Shown piece after piece: positions 1 to 9,371 of a stretch of 64,000 nt of DNA (positions are counted from its first letter, which is position 1; every line of letters begins with the position of its first letter). A model generated the notes under the pieces. It saw only the letters and a program-made list of their open reading frames with translations, was not told where the DNA came from and searched no databases. This DNA is from a virus. The DNA lies in IMG/VR virus record IMGVR_UViG_3300029215_000002, positions 1 to 64,000 of that record; one strand, 5' to 3'. A program made the position numbers and the translations under genes.

Positions 1-573
1 CATACCTCTCATACCGAAATCTGCACAAGCCATATTGCTAGATAATCCATCTGTTGTTTTGTCATACCAATAATCAGCAATCTTACGGTACATATAACCG
101 ACTGTCGCATGGCAACAAGGCTTCCACAACTCAACTTGAAGAAGGCATTCAATCCACTGAACAAGCCATGCAAATTTGTCATCTGTATTTGTAATTTCAA
201 TACAAGGAACACCCATTGGAACAAGCGTTCCTTCTGGTAATGCTCTAATTTTAAGTGGCAAATATCTTAATCTGTGAAGTTCTATAATCTTTGTTAAATC
301 ATAGTTACCCCAACCAATCTGTACATCCATTGATTCTGTGTAAATAGATATCATCTCATCTTCTGGTAAATCAAAGAATTCTTTCTGAAAATATTCTATT
401 AAATATTCTTTTATAAACGCTTGTAATCCAAAGAAAACCATTTTATTTTGATTTTCTAACATAGATTTTCGAGGCACCCAATATGAGACCAATTTAGTCA
501 ATCCCGTTGGATACATACGAGAATGACAAGCTTTATATGTATCTGATAATAATAAAGGCATTGTATTATTCAT
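1..573 (-). CDS. nadV: Nicotinamide phosphoribosyltransferase (NAMPT/NadV family), N-terminal part; the gene runs off the window start
   Basis: Translation from the ATG at 573 (minus strand) reads MNNTMPLLLSDTYKACHSRMYP...IRALPEGTLVPMGVPCIEITNTDDKFAWLVQWIECLLQVELWKPCCHATV...ADFGMRGM. It aligns along its length with human/bacterial NAMPT (DSYKVTHYKQYP; IKAVPEG; NWIETILVQSWYPITVATN; DFGYRG). GGAGG RBS upstream. No stop within the window. Confidence 0.8.
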   Translation of the reverse strand, partial: MNNTMPLLLSDTYKACHSRMYPTGLTKLVSYWVPRKSMLENQNKMVFFGLQAFIKEYLIEYFQKEFFDLPEDEMISIYTESMDVQIGWGNYDLTKIIELHRLRYLPLKIRALPEGTLVPMGVPCIEITNTDDKFAWLVQWIECLLQVELWKPCCHATVGYMYRKIADYWYDKTTDGLSSNMACADFGMRGM

Positions 574-579
574 AATTCT

Positions 580-1410
580 TTAAACCTCCATAACTGTAAT
601 TTTTTCATGACTGCCATTGAACAAACTATTTGTAGTGAACAACCTGTTCACTGTATTATTCTCTAAAGATTTGATTAATGTTCCCTTTTCTTTATCAAGA
701 ATTGAATTCTCTGTATGTGTAGCATATGCATAAATCTCAGTTACTCCATGTTTTTTCAATTCTTCTGCGCTATAGTATAGTGAACCACCATAGGCTATAA
801 TGTCATCGATCATTAATACAGCTTTATTACTCAAATCAATACCATTTGTTCTAATATCTAATCCAAGAATTTTACCAGTCTTCCAATCTCTTTTCTTTTC
901 ACCATAACACCATGGAAGTTCAGGAAATAAATCAGAATATTTTTTAGAAGCGCCACTATCTGGGAAATAAAGTACAAGATTTCTCATACCGATTTTAGAA
1001 ATTACCTTATCAACATACTTCTTTGGGTCTTCTTTAGCGCAATTATTAAGTAATGCTGTAGAAACATCGCTATGAGCATCTAAAACATAAACTTGCTGAA
1101 AATGAAGGTTATTAATTACTTCACAAAAATATTTTAATGTAAATACTTCACTAAAATCTTTTGTTCTATCCATTCTAGCATTTGGAATATATGGTAATTT
1201 CAAATATCCTTCTCTACCATGTTCATCCATCCATCTTTTAATCATTATTAGATACATTAATTCATCGTTACTTTCATATAACCAAGTTACGGTGTTATAT
1301 TTATTTTTTGAAAGTTTAGAAAAATCAATATTTATTCTTGGTGTTCCATCTGGAAATTTATTAATTTTAATTATATAATTATCAATTTTAATCATATTTT
1401 TATTCTCCAA
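580..1410 (-). CDS. Ribose-phosphate pyrophosphokinase (Prs)-like protein, 276 aa; possibly an ADP-ribose pyrophosphokinase (Adps-type)
   Basis: Prs family motifs: FPDGTPRINI (compare FSDGEVQINI), YIPNARMDRT (compare YYGYARQDRK), PRTase loop VLMIDDIIAYGGSL, IYAYATHTENS. About 40 aa shorter than canonical Prs. The ribose-5-phosphate loop DTAGT is replaced by AYGGS. Confidence 0.7.
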   Translation of the reverse strand: MENKNMIKIDNYIIKINKFPDGTPRINIDFSKLSKNKYNTVTWLYESNDELMYLIMIKRWMDEHGREGYLKLPYIPNARMDRTKDFSEVFTLKYFCEVINNLHFQQVYVLDAHSDVSTALLNNCAKEDPKKYVDKVISKIGMRNLVLYFPDSGASKKYSDLFPELPWCYGEKKRDWKTGKILGLDIRTNGIDLSNKAVLMIDDIIAYGGSLYYSAEELKKHGVTEIYAYATHTENSILDKEKGTLIKSLENNTVNRLFTTNSLFNGSHEKITVMEV

Positions 1411-1933
1411 TCACATTAATCTGACAACTCTTCATAATTTCCATAGCAGCTTTATGTTTTTCAGGTGTTGAACCAGCACAACAATTTGCATCTACTATGA
1501 TTTCTGCATCTGGATATAGTGTTTTAATAATAAGAGCATTTGTAATTACACAGATGTCAGAATCTAATCCACAAAGTTCTATTTCAATATTCGGGTCACA
1601 AGTATACAAACAACACGCTAATTCATTTTTCCAATCGAAGTATCCAAATGTTGCCTTATCAATAACTTTATAATCACTTGGAACTACTTCAAGTCCAATA
1701 TTCCATCCATGTGTTCCTTTGATACAATGAGGAATAGGAAGTTTTTTACCTTCAGATGTATCTAAATAATTTTTTTGATGAGTATCTCTTGTAAAAATAA
1801 TCTTATATCCATTCTTCTGATACTCTGAAATTTTCTTTTTTACTCTAGGGACAATAGCTTTTGCCTCTTCATTCCCTAAGACACCATCAATAAAATCATT
1901 TTGTAAATCTACTATAATTAATAATTTATTCAT
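1400..1933 (-). CDS. Nicotinamidase/pyrazinamidase PncA-like cysteine hydrolase (isochorismatase family)
   Basis: LIIVDLQNDF, RDTH and PHCIKGTHG (metal-binding Asp/His set), the Lys in VIDKATFGYF, and the catalytic Cys in CGLDSDICV all align with M. tuberculosis PncA. Its 5' end overlaps the end of the Prs-like gene by 11 nt. Confidence 0.75.
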   Translation of the reverse strand: MNKLLIIVDLQNDFIDGVLGNEEAKAIVPRVKKKISEYQKNGYKIIFTRDTHQKNYLDTSEGKKLPIPHCIKGTHGWNIGLEVVPSDYKVIDKATFGYFDWKNELACCLYTCDPNIEIELCGLDSDICVITNALIIKTLYPDAEIIVDANCCAGSTPEKHKAAMEIMKSCQINVIGE

Positions 1934-2001
1934 ATTGTTACCTCTTTCTTTGTCTGTGTTTATCTTAATTTTTTGTCAACGAAACTGTCGTTTAGTATAG
2001 T

Positions 2002-2316
2002 CTATAATAGTTCTTCAATGCTCTTACTAACGGCTTCTCTAACAGCTTTTGTTCTTGCAAGTTTTTCTGCTAATTTATCACTTGTAATTTCAATAATTTT
2101 ATCTTTGTTATCCTCGAAAAAATCTTGAATATTATCATTAATCATATCTTTAATTTTTTGTGTATAATCGTAATTGGTTATATTTTTTCTGCCGACTAGT
2201 GCTTTTATACAATCATTTTTGATTGCGCCAGCTACTTGTTTCATAACATTATTTTCAATAGTTTGCTTGATTTTATCATCATCAATACTAATACCGAATT
2301 GTACGATATGTTCCAT
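2002..2316 (-). CDS. hypothetical protein (104 aa)
   Basis: ORF in the dominant minus-strand tiling; no recognisable motif. Confidence 0.45.
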   Translation of the reverse strand: MEHIVQFGISIDDDKIKQTIENNVMKQVAGAIKNDCIKALVGRKNITNYDYTQKIKDMINDNIQDFFEDNKDKIIEITSDKLAEKLARTKAVREAVSKSIEELL

Positions 2317-2353
2317 AAATTACCTCCTTTAAAAATTATGAATTCAACTACAC

Positions 2354-2914
2354 CTACAAAACTTCATCAACAATTCCATACTTGACTGCTTTATCAGAAT
2401 GAATATAAAAATTTTTCTTCTTTTCACGAATTTCCTTAATATCGTCTTTTGTGAGATTGGTTCTGTCGATCACATATTCTTCAATCTTTTTATTCAGCCA
2501 GTCTATTTCTTTTCTATCTTCAACCAAATCCTGATATTTACCACTTCTCCAACAACTCATCTGATGATACATAAATATTGAATGCTTATAACAATATCTC
2601 TTATGACCTGCTAAGAAAATTTTAAAAGCTGCACTCATTGCATATCCTGTGCAATATGTATAGATTGGAGTTTTACTATTGAGAATGACATCAATCAATC
2701 CCCACATATCATAAACAGATCCACCATACGAGTTGATATACAATTTAATTGGTTCACGCCTATAATCTTTCTCTTTTTTATCCTTTTCATCATCAGATTT
2801 AATCAATCGTAAAATATTCCATGTTATACTTCCAACCGATTCATTATCTATGTCGTCAGATAAAAATAATATCCTCTCATCTGTGTTTGCATATATATTA
2901 TCTTTTGAATTCAT
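2354..2914 (-). CDS. clpP: ClpP-like serine protease
   Basis: ClpP catalytic context: INSYGGSVYDMWGLID, the Ser in TGYAMSAAFKIF, the His in MYHQMS, and the Asp in the YGIVDEV tail. Resembles the ClpP Ser-His-Asp triad regions. Confidence 0.7.
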   Translation of the reverse strand: MNSKDNIYANTDERILFLSDDIDNESVGSITWNILRLIKSDDEKDKKEKDYRREPIKLYINSYGGSVYDMWGLIDVILNSKTPIYTYCTGYAMSAAFKIFLAGHKRYCYKHSIFMYHQMSCWRSGKYQDLVEDRKEIDWLNKKIEEYVIDRTNLTKDDIKEIREKKKNFYIHSDKAVKYGIVDEVL

Positions 2915-2929
2915 AAAACCTCCTAATTT

Positions 2930-3181
2930 TTATAAGCATTTATCAATTTCTTTACGCAACTGACATAATACCTCGTATGCTCTATTGCCTATCTTAGATA
3001 CACTATCTTTTGGGTTATTTCTGTATTTAGAATTATTTATTAAATCTTCAATACCATTTGTAAGTATCAGAATAATTTTCTCTTGATTTTTATATCTTAT
3101 ATCATCAATTTGTGGGGCTCCATATGGTTCGCTATATCCTACAAACATTTGTATAACTTCCAACAATGATTCATTCACCAT
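2930..3181 (-). CDS. hypothetical protein (83 aa)
   Basis: minus-strand tiling ORF. Confidence 0.4.
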   Translation of the reverse strand: MVNESLLEVIQMFVGYSEPYGAPQIDDIRYKNQEKIILILTNGIEDLINNSKYRNNPKDSVSKIGNRAYEVLCQLRKEIDKCL

Positions 3182-3534
3182 TAAAATTCTCCTTCTGTAT
3201 ATGGCTTATCCCAACACTTTTTACAATCATTTTCGCACGAAACTTTCTTACTCAAATTCCCAACGCAAAGAAAAGGGTGTCTTTTCCACATTGAAGCGTT
3301 CGGGAACATTTTTAGAAAATGCTCTTTTCTAGTTTCTACCTGATGTTCGTCGCTCCATTTCTGAACAATTTCTATCGCTTCATCGGGATATGTTCTTTCA
3401 AACACTTCACATGGCAAGTCGGTCTTGTTATTGTCATTACTAATCGGACAATCTTCACAAGCTATTTCGCAATTCTTAATCATTCTATTCTTTTCTTTAA
3501 AATAATTTTCTGTGTATCCGCAATCAACTTTCAT
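3181..3534 (-). CDS. hypothetical Cys-rich protein (117 aa)
   Basis: Multiple CxxC-like pairs (CEIACEDCP; CENDCKKC); no family assignment. Confidence 0.45.
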   Translation of the reverse strand: MKVDCGYTENYFKEKNRMIKNCEIACEDCPISNDNNKTDLPCEVFERTYPDEAIEIVQKWSDEHQVETRKEHFLKMFPNASMWKRHPFLCVGNLSKKVSCENDCKKCWDKPYTEGEF

Positions 3535-3708
3535 TTTTCTATTCTCCTTTATTTAATATAATATTTTCTAAATGATTATGTGGGTAGGGATTTTCACCCT
3601 ACATGATTCTGCTCACACTACTTACTTTCCTATACCAGATTAGCTAATTAATCAGCTAACACAGAATCCTACCCTGTGTGTCTACATATTCCACCACCAC
3701 ATATTTTT

Positions 3709-4095
3709 TTAAAATACTGCTTCAAATCCAATACAAATGTATTTTTGTAATGCTTTTTTATCGTTATTACTGAATAACTGTCTCTCATCGACCAAAATAA
3801 GAGAACCATGTTTTACTCTTTTTTCCAACTGTATTGGAGTTATAACTATAGGTTGAAACTTTCTATAACACTCGCAAGCCCATTTAGCTGACATAATGTT
3901 TGATTCAATAAGAGGAATTTTGTATTTTCCACTAATCTTCATTAGATTATATGTTTTTCCAATTCCCCTACTGTTAAAATGATATAGCCTTTTTATATGT
4001 GTTTGCTTCTTCTTTACATAATACTTCAGCTCATGATATAATGCTTTTGATCTTAATAAATATGACCATGATTCTAATCGTTCATAAAATTTCAT
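3709..4095 (-). CDS. hypothetical protein (128 aa)
   Basis: minus-strand ORF. Confidence 0.4.
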   Translation of the reverse strand: MKFYERLESWSYLLRSKALYHELKYYVKKKQTHIKRLYHFNSRGIGKTYNLMKISGKYKIPLIESNIMSAKWACECYRKFQPIVITPIQLEKRVKHGSLILVDERQLFSNNDKKALQKYICIGFEAVF

Positions 4096-4193
4096 ATATA
4101 TGGTATCATCTCCTTTTCTGTATACTATATATAGTAGTTATATATTTATCTAACCACTACATATTGTGTCGATAACGGAATGAAATCCGTCAT

Positions 4194-5117
4194 TCAACCG
4201 AAAATTTTCTCAATTGTTGCTAATTTAATCTCATCTGTAAATCGTGAACCAGCAGCTTTTGGATGACCACCACCGCCAAATAATTTAGCAATATCATATC
4301 CTAAATCTATATTCTCTTTTACAGTTCTATAAGAAACAGTTTTTCCATCCATATTAATCATTGCTACGAAATCAATCTCAGGATGCATCAAGCATAACTT
4401 ATTGCCAAGTTCGCTAAAATAGTTTTCTGCAAATACAAAACCACACTTCATACCACAAAATTCTGTGATATACATCGTCTTATCTTTTGATTCAATATAT
4501 TTATCAATTTGTTTCTGTTTGAGATTTAACACAAGTTCGTCTTCTGCATACAGTTTTGGAAATACTCCATCCTGAATTTCAGAAATACACCACTGAATAA
4601 ATCTGTCTCTATCATATAAATACAATAAATCATTTACTTGTTTACAGATAACACCATCTTCACCAAGTGTCTCCCAACGCCAAGTGTCATAATTTCTCAC
4701 TAATTCAGCAAATTCTTCTAATGATTTATTCGCCTTTAATTCATCGTCAAGATAACCATTTAACACTAACCAACGATAAAATAACATTGTCCCAGACGTC
4801 TTAATACCATCTTGTCCATCAATCGAAACAGTACACCAATTATATCTATTAAGTCCAAGTGCGGTTGGATGATGGTCAAACAACTTAACATTTCCTCTCT
4901 GATTCAATAAATCTGCCACTACATCATTAACGCTAATATCAGTAATATAAATAGGAATGCTATCATCCCAATTGTTCAATATATAATCTTGTACAGTCTT
5001 ATTAATATCATCATAATTACAATACGATACATCCATATTCTCTTTTCCGAATGCAAGCTGTGCTAAAATAGCACAACCTACACCATCCATATCTGTATGT
5101 GTGAATAACTTTATCAT
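4194..5117 (-). CDS. DHH/DHHA1 family phosphoesterase (NrnA/RecJ-like nanoRNase or pAp-phosphatase fold)
   Basis: N-terminal HTDMDGVGCA, a DHH motif (LFDHHP), and the C-terminal DHHA1 glycine-rich motif FGGGGHPKAAG. Confidence 0.75.
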   Translation of the reverse strand: MIKLFTHTDMDGVGCAILAQLAFGKENMDVSYCNYDDINKTVQDYILNNWDDSIPIYITDISVNDVVADLLNQRGNVKLFDHHPTALGLNRYNWCTVSIDGQDGIKTSGTMLFYRWLVLNGYLDDELKANKSLEEFAELVRNYDTWRWETLGEDGVICKQVNDLLYLYDRDRFIQWCISEIQDGVFPKLYAEDELVLNLKQKQIDKYIESKDKTMYITEFCGMKCGFVFAENYFSELGNKLCLMHPEIDFVAMINMDGKTVSYRTVKENIDLGYDIAKLFGGGGHPKAAGSRFTDEIKLATIEKIFG

Positions 5118-5182
5118 ACCTTACGTATCTCCCTTCTCTTGAATATATTGAGTCATATCAATATATCTGTCATATTTCAGCT

Positions 5183-8100
5183 CTAACAAATTTTGTATTC
5201 AGAAATCCACCATTCCTGTTCATTAGTCTCTCGCCATTCACCATCAATTTTTTTCATCTTTGGTTTTTTATACTGGTTTGTGACTTTTACAATATCTCCA
5301 CGTCTAATAGGATTCTGTTTAAATATTTTCTTGCTAATTTTTACTGGAATCGTGTTGCCATTTGCCAGCGCATATAATTTCAATCGTGGCGAATAGTCAA
5401 CATTAATATCTTCCACAAAACAATAACCTGCATATTTTTTATCAATTATATCCATGTACCCAAGTACAGAATACCTAGCCAATAATCTTTCTTTAAAGGT
5501 TATTTTTTTATTAAAATTTTTAGTAACTTCTGATATGATTGCTTTTGCATCTATCTTCATAAACGTTTGAACTGTCTCTGATACGCAGTGTTTTCTAACT
5601 ACATCAAAATCTATCTCAAGTTTAAATGCCTTGTCCTTTTTTAATTGAGATAAAAACTTTTTATTCTTATAGAGTTGAAGGAATATATGAAGATAGTTGA
5701 GAAGATATTTTATATCACCAAAATCTGAAAAATACTCAATACCAATAAGGTCTTTTATTCTACTTTCTGCTATGCCTTTTTCTCTAAGAGCGACCAATAA
5801 AGAGCCAAAATCCTCAAACTTTTTTTGTCCTAATTCATACAATGTATTTGCTATAGTCATCGAAAAATTTTTTATAGATGAAAGAGACGGATTTATACAA
5901 CCTGCTTCTTTATCTACAGAAAATTTTCTATTATCCAAACCGAATTTATATGTACCAATTCGAATTCCTGCATATTTAAGCATTTCTATTTTGTATGCAG
6001 ATACCTTATCCTTATCTCCTTTGTCAGAATAATGTTGCATCATAATCGAATAAAACTCATAAGGATAATGTGCTTTACAATACGCTCCATAGACAGAATC
6101 AAAACCGTAACTTAGGGCATGTGAAGCATTAAAAGAATACTTCGATGCAGCTTCTATAATCTCCCATGTTTTTTCAAAGCCTTCATCAGTACCCACATTT
6201 TTTATCCAGCCGTTTAACAGTTTGGCTTTTAATTCGATTAATTCTTTTTCTTTAAACTTCTTTTTACTGATTTTCTTAATAATGGCATATGTTTCAGTCT
6301 GTTCAATACCTAACCATCCAAGATAAGTCATAATTGATTCCTGATACATCATATAATGAAAAGAATCTTTTAATAAATTATCTAATTCTGTTACACCAGT
6401 TGTATATGGAAGTCTATTTAAAAAATTATCCAACTGGGTTTTAAAACCAGGTCGTAGAGCTGCCACTAAAGAAGTGAGCTCCACCATGTTTTGTGGTTTA
6501 TATTGTTTACAACATTGCACACCAAAATTTGATTCGCATTGGTTTATGCCTAATGTACAACCACTAGAATACACGTCCCAAGTTTTTTTATCGTTTTCAA
6601 TTAGCTTTGTCATTTCAGGAACAGTTGGAGTCTTAACTCCTGCTGCTTTAAAAATGTTGTTAATAGTAAGCCAAATATCTACCTTTAGTAGATCATTTTT
6701 TACAAATTTATAATTTTCAGCAACCATTCCATCGATAACAGTCGTAATAACTTCTTTTTTAGTGGCTTCAGATTTACATCTAATTAAGCCAACTTCACGT
6801 CTTATGTCTCCGTCATATATTAAATACCCACAAGGTGCTTGTGATTTTGAATTAATAATTCCTCTATATTTTTTACTTTCATCAATATATTGCTTATATT
6901 TTTTATCCACAAAATCATATAAATCGATAGAATCTGTTGAATCATCATCTGTATGTTTTAAAGCTTTTTCATATTCTTTAATCTGACTCGTAATATCATT
7001 TGATATTTCGAAATCTAATCCTTGGGATTTTGCATACAATTTAAACGCAGATGATACTTGCAGAGGCTTGTATGAAATCATTGGATAAGCGTGTCCTTCC
7101 CCCATTACCTGCTTTTGTGCTTTTGCAAATATTTCTGGAGTACCCAGATTTAAATCCAAGTCTGGCAAACTCTTTGTCTTTAATATTCTCGTCTTTGAAA
7201 TAAACCTATCTGGATATAATTTAACAGGAGAAATAAAACGGTCAATATTACTAAACCCTAATAATGAATTAATATAATATGAAACGCCACTTCCTCTTCC
7301 TGTCTTTGTAATAATACCTCCATGAGATACTCCAATTTTTACAAGTTCATAGTCAATTAAAAAATAGTCAGACATTTTTGTTTCAATAATTGCATTTAAT
7401 TCATATTCAATGCCTTTTTCATATTCTTCATATCTTTCTTTTGGTATTGTATTTTTTATTTCATCCCACTTAGAATATACAAGATTTCGTAAGGTTGCAT
7501 CTCTCCATTCTTGTGATTTGCTTCCTACCCATTCACCATTAAAGAGATAATTCTTGGGTAATTTAATATTTTTATTCAAAACAATATCATCAAAATCCAA
7601 TAAAATATCTGTGTTATTAATACATTCATCTATTTGTTCATCATTCAAAATGCCTTGTACTTTTAATCTCCTTCTGGCTTCAGATTCATCAGGGTAATCC
7701 ATATACCACCCTTCTTCATCTTCATCATAGGAAATTCCTCTTCCTTCTAAATAATTATCTCGTTCTTCATGTTGGTCTGGATATATATAATGGCTATCAC
7801 AACCAAGTATAAGTTTGATTCCCAATTTATTATGTAGCTCAATAATTCTTTTGTTAATTTTTTTCTGGATGTCAGTGTCATGGTATTGAATTTCGAGGAA
7901 AAAGTTGTCACCAAAATGCTGAAACAACTTTTCTGTAATTTCTTCTATATCATCGTAAATCCAATATTTTAAACATGCCGTAGTCACCATTACATTTTGT
8001 GGTTTTACTTTTAATAAAAGTTCAATGTCTATTCTTGGTTGTCCATAAAATCCGTCTATGCTAGCAATTGAAAGGATTTCATTTATATCTCCACGACCTT

Positions 8101-8491
8101 CTTCATTTTTTGCTAACAAAACAATGTGACAGTTAGTTCTATCTTTGACAAATTCATTAGGAATTATATTTCCTGTTTTTTTATCAAATTTAGGGTATTC
8201 AGCTAACCTATCTTTTACCCAATAGGCTTCTGCTCCAAAAATAAATTTCAGTTTCTTTTTTCTATATTCATCTTCAGATAGCTCTCCACTATCTACTTTT
8301 TTATGAAGTGCATCATTATGTTTCTGCACTAATTCATATGGAACATAGTAATTGCTTTGATAGCCATGTTCTACACTGGAAATTACATTTTGTCCAAGTT
8401 CTATAGCTCTGTGGACATATTCATCATAAGAAGTTGCACAATCCCCAACTAACACATTGCTATATGAAGTATGTTTATGATAATTTTGCAT
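5183..8491 (-). CDS. dnaE: DNA polymerase III alpha subunit (DnaE-type, PHP domain + polymerase core), 1102 aa
   Basis: N-terminal PHP motif YHKHTSYS. GRGSGVSYYINSLLGFSNIDRFISPVKLYPDRFIS matches the DnaE GRGSAAGSLVAYxLGIT...ERFLNPER region. Size is consistent. Confidence 0.8.
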   Translation of the reverse strand: MQNYHKHTSYSNVLVGDCATSYDEYVHRAIELGQNVISSVEHGYQSNYYVPYELVQKHNDALHKKVDSGELSEDEYRKKKLKFIFGAEAYWVKDRLAEYPKFDKKTGNIIPNEFVKDRTNCHIVLLAKNEEGRGDINEILSIASIDGFYGQPRIDIELLLKVKPQNVMVTTACLKYWIYDDIEEITEKLFQHFGDNFFLEIQYHDTDIQKKINKRIIELHNKLGIKLILGCDSHYIYPDQHEERDNYLEGRGISYDEDEEGWYMDYPDESEARRRLKVQGILNDEQIDECINNTDILLDFDDIVLNKNIKLPKNYLFNGEWVGSKSQEWRDATLRNLVYSKWDEIKNTIPKERYEEYEKGIEYELNAIIETKMSDYFLIDYELVKIGVSHGGIITKTGRGSGVSYYINSLLGFSNIDRFISPVKLYPDRFISKTRILKTKSLPDLDLNLGTPEIFAKAQKQVMGEGHAYPMISYKPLQVSSAFKLYAKSQGLDFEISNDITSQIKEYEKALKHTDDDSTDSIDLYDFVDKKYKQYIDESKKYRGIINSKSQAPCGYLIYDGDIRREVGLIRCKSEATKKEVITTVIDGMVAENYKFVKNDLLKVDIWLTINNIFKAAGVKTPTVPEMTKLIENDKKTWDVYSSGCTLGINQCESNFGVQCCKQYKPQNMVELTSLVAALRPGFKTQLDNFLNRLPYTTGVTELDNLLKDSFHYMMYQESIMTYLGWLGIEQTETYAIIKKISKKKFKEKELIELKAKLLNGWIKNVGTDEGFEKTWEIIEAASKYSFNASHALSYGFDSVYGAYCKAHYPYEFYSIMMQHYSDKGDKDKVSAYKIEMLKYAGIRIGTYKFGLDNRKFSVDKEAGCINPSLSSIKNFSMTIANTLYELGQKKFEDFGSLLVALREKGIAESRIKDLIGIEYFSDFGDIKYLLNYLHIFLQLYKNKKFLSQLKKDKAFKLEIDFDVVRKHCVSETVQTFMKIDAKAIISEVTKNFNKKITFKERLLARYSVLGYMDIIDKKYAGYCFVEDINVDYSPRLKLYALANGNTIPVKISKKIFKQNPIRRGDIVKVTNQYKKPKMKKIDGEWRETNEQEWWISEYKIC

Positions 8492-8499
8492 AATACCTC

Positions 8500-9357
8500 C
8501 TATTCATAGGAATCAGTTTCAGGGTTATATCTCCTATTGTTCTCTTTGTTTTTCTTGCTGGTTAATTGTGGCTTATACTGGCAAGCATTGTTTCTCTGTG
8601 AACACAAATTCCAACAATAATATGCATCTGGATTGCAAAGGAATTCTGTTTCATTCTCAATCAACTTTATAGTGTCTTCTGCCCATTTTATTGCTTCATC
8701 ATAATCCTCTTTATTAAATGGGAGTTTCAACCAATTTTTATCCTTAAATAAATTCCACCATAACCCATCAACATGCCCATATTCTTCTAGTACAGGTTTT
8801 GCATATAAGCAAAGCTGCCTAATAAATTCTCTGACATGTGGCTTGTCCGATTTACTTATATTGCCATTTTTTAAAAATTTTATAGATGCACTTTTATGAT
8901 CTAAAATAATGATTTTACCTGTACTTTTTTCTTTCAAGAGTAAATCAATATAGCCAATAAAATCCTTATTAGCAATCTGAAATTTAACCTCTTTTTCAAC
9001 TCCTAATATTTCATAATTTTCAAGGTCTAAATCTATATTGTCAAAATAATCTAATCCTTTATCAAAATACGATTGTTTTATGTCAGTATACTTATTAGGT
9101 GGTGCGTCATGCACCACCATTTCAGAAAACAGCTTCTCATATTCTTGACTAATTTCAAAAAGTGAAATCTCGCCCTTTTCGTATTTCTCAAGAACTTTGT
9201 GACAACAGCCACCAAACTCTCCGAAAAAACCATTTTCGCCTTTTTGACACATTACATATCTCTCGTACCATTCATGTGGGCAATTATAGAACGAATTCAA
9301 CCTTGAAAAACTCCAAGTCATTGTATCTAGTAAAAAATCTAATTCTTCATCCATCAT
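8500..9357 (-). CDS. PD-(D/E)XK nuclease, Cas4/RecB-like exonuclease with a C-terminal Fe-S cysteine cluster
   Basis: N-terminal SFSRLNSFYNCPHEWY, GYIDLL...ILDHKS (D/E-x-K), and a C-terminal four-Cys cluster CNPDAYYCWNLCSQRNNAC. Confidence 0.65.
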   Translation of the reverse strand: MMDEELDFLLDTMTWSFSRLNSFYNCPHEWYERYVMCQKGENGFFGEFGGCCHKVLEKYEKGEISLFEISQEYEKLFSEMVVHDAPPNKYTDIKQSYFDKGLDYFDNIDLDLENYEILGVEKEVKFQIANKDFIGYIDLLLKEKSTGKIIILDHKSASIKFLKNGNISKSDKPHVREFIRQLCLYAKPVLEEYGHVDGLWWNLFKDKNWLKLPFNKEDYDEAIKWAEDTIKLIENETEFLCNPDAYYCWNLCSQRNNACQYKPQLTSKKNKENNRRYNPETDSYE

Positions 9358-9371
9358 AATAATTATTCTCC

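Noticed and set aside
2354-2914. The ClpP-like protein as a prohead (capsid maturation) protease
   Set aside because: No portal, capsid or scaffold genes are adjacent. It sits among metabolic and accessory genes, so I call it a stand-alone ClpP-like protease rather than a head-maturation protease.
5193-6986. Plus-strand ORFs (5193..5396, 5697..6032, 6474..6713, 6762..6986) inside the dnaE region
   Set aside because: They lie entirely within the 1102-aa minus-strand DnaE ORF. Their composition is low-complexity S/F/L-rich, typical of antisense shadow ORFs in AT-rich DNA.
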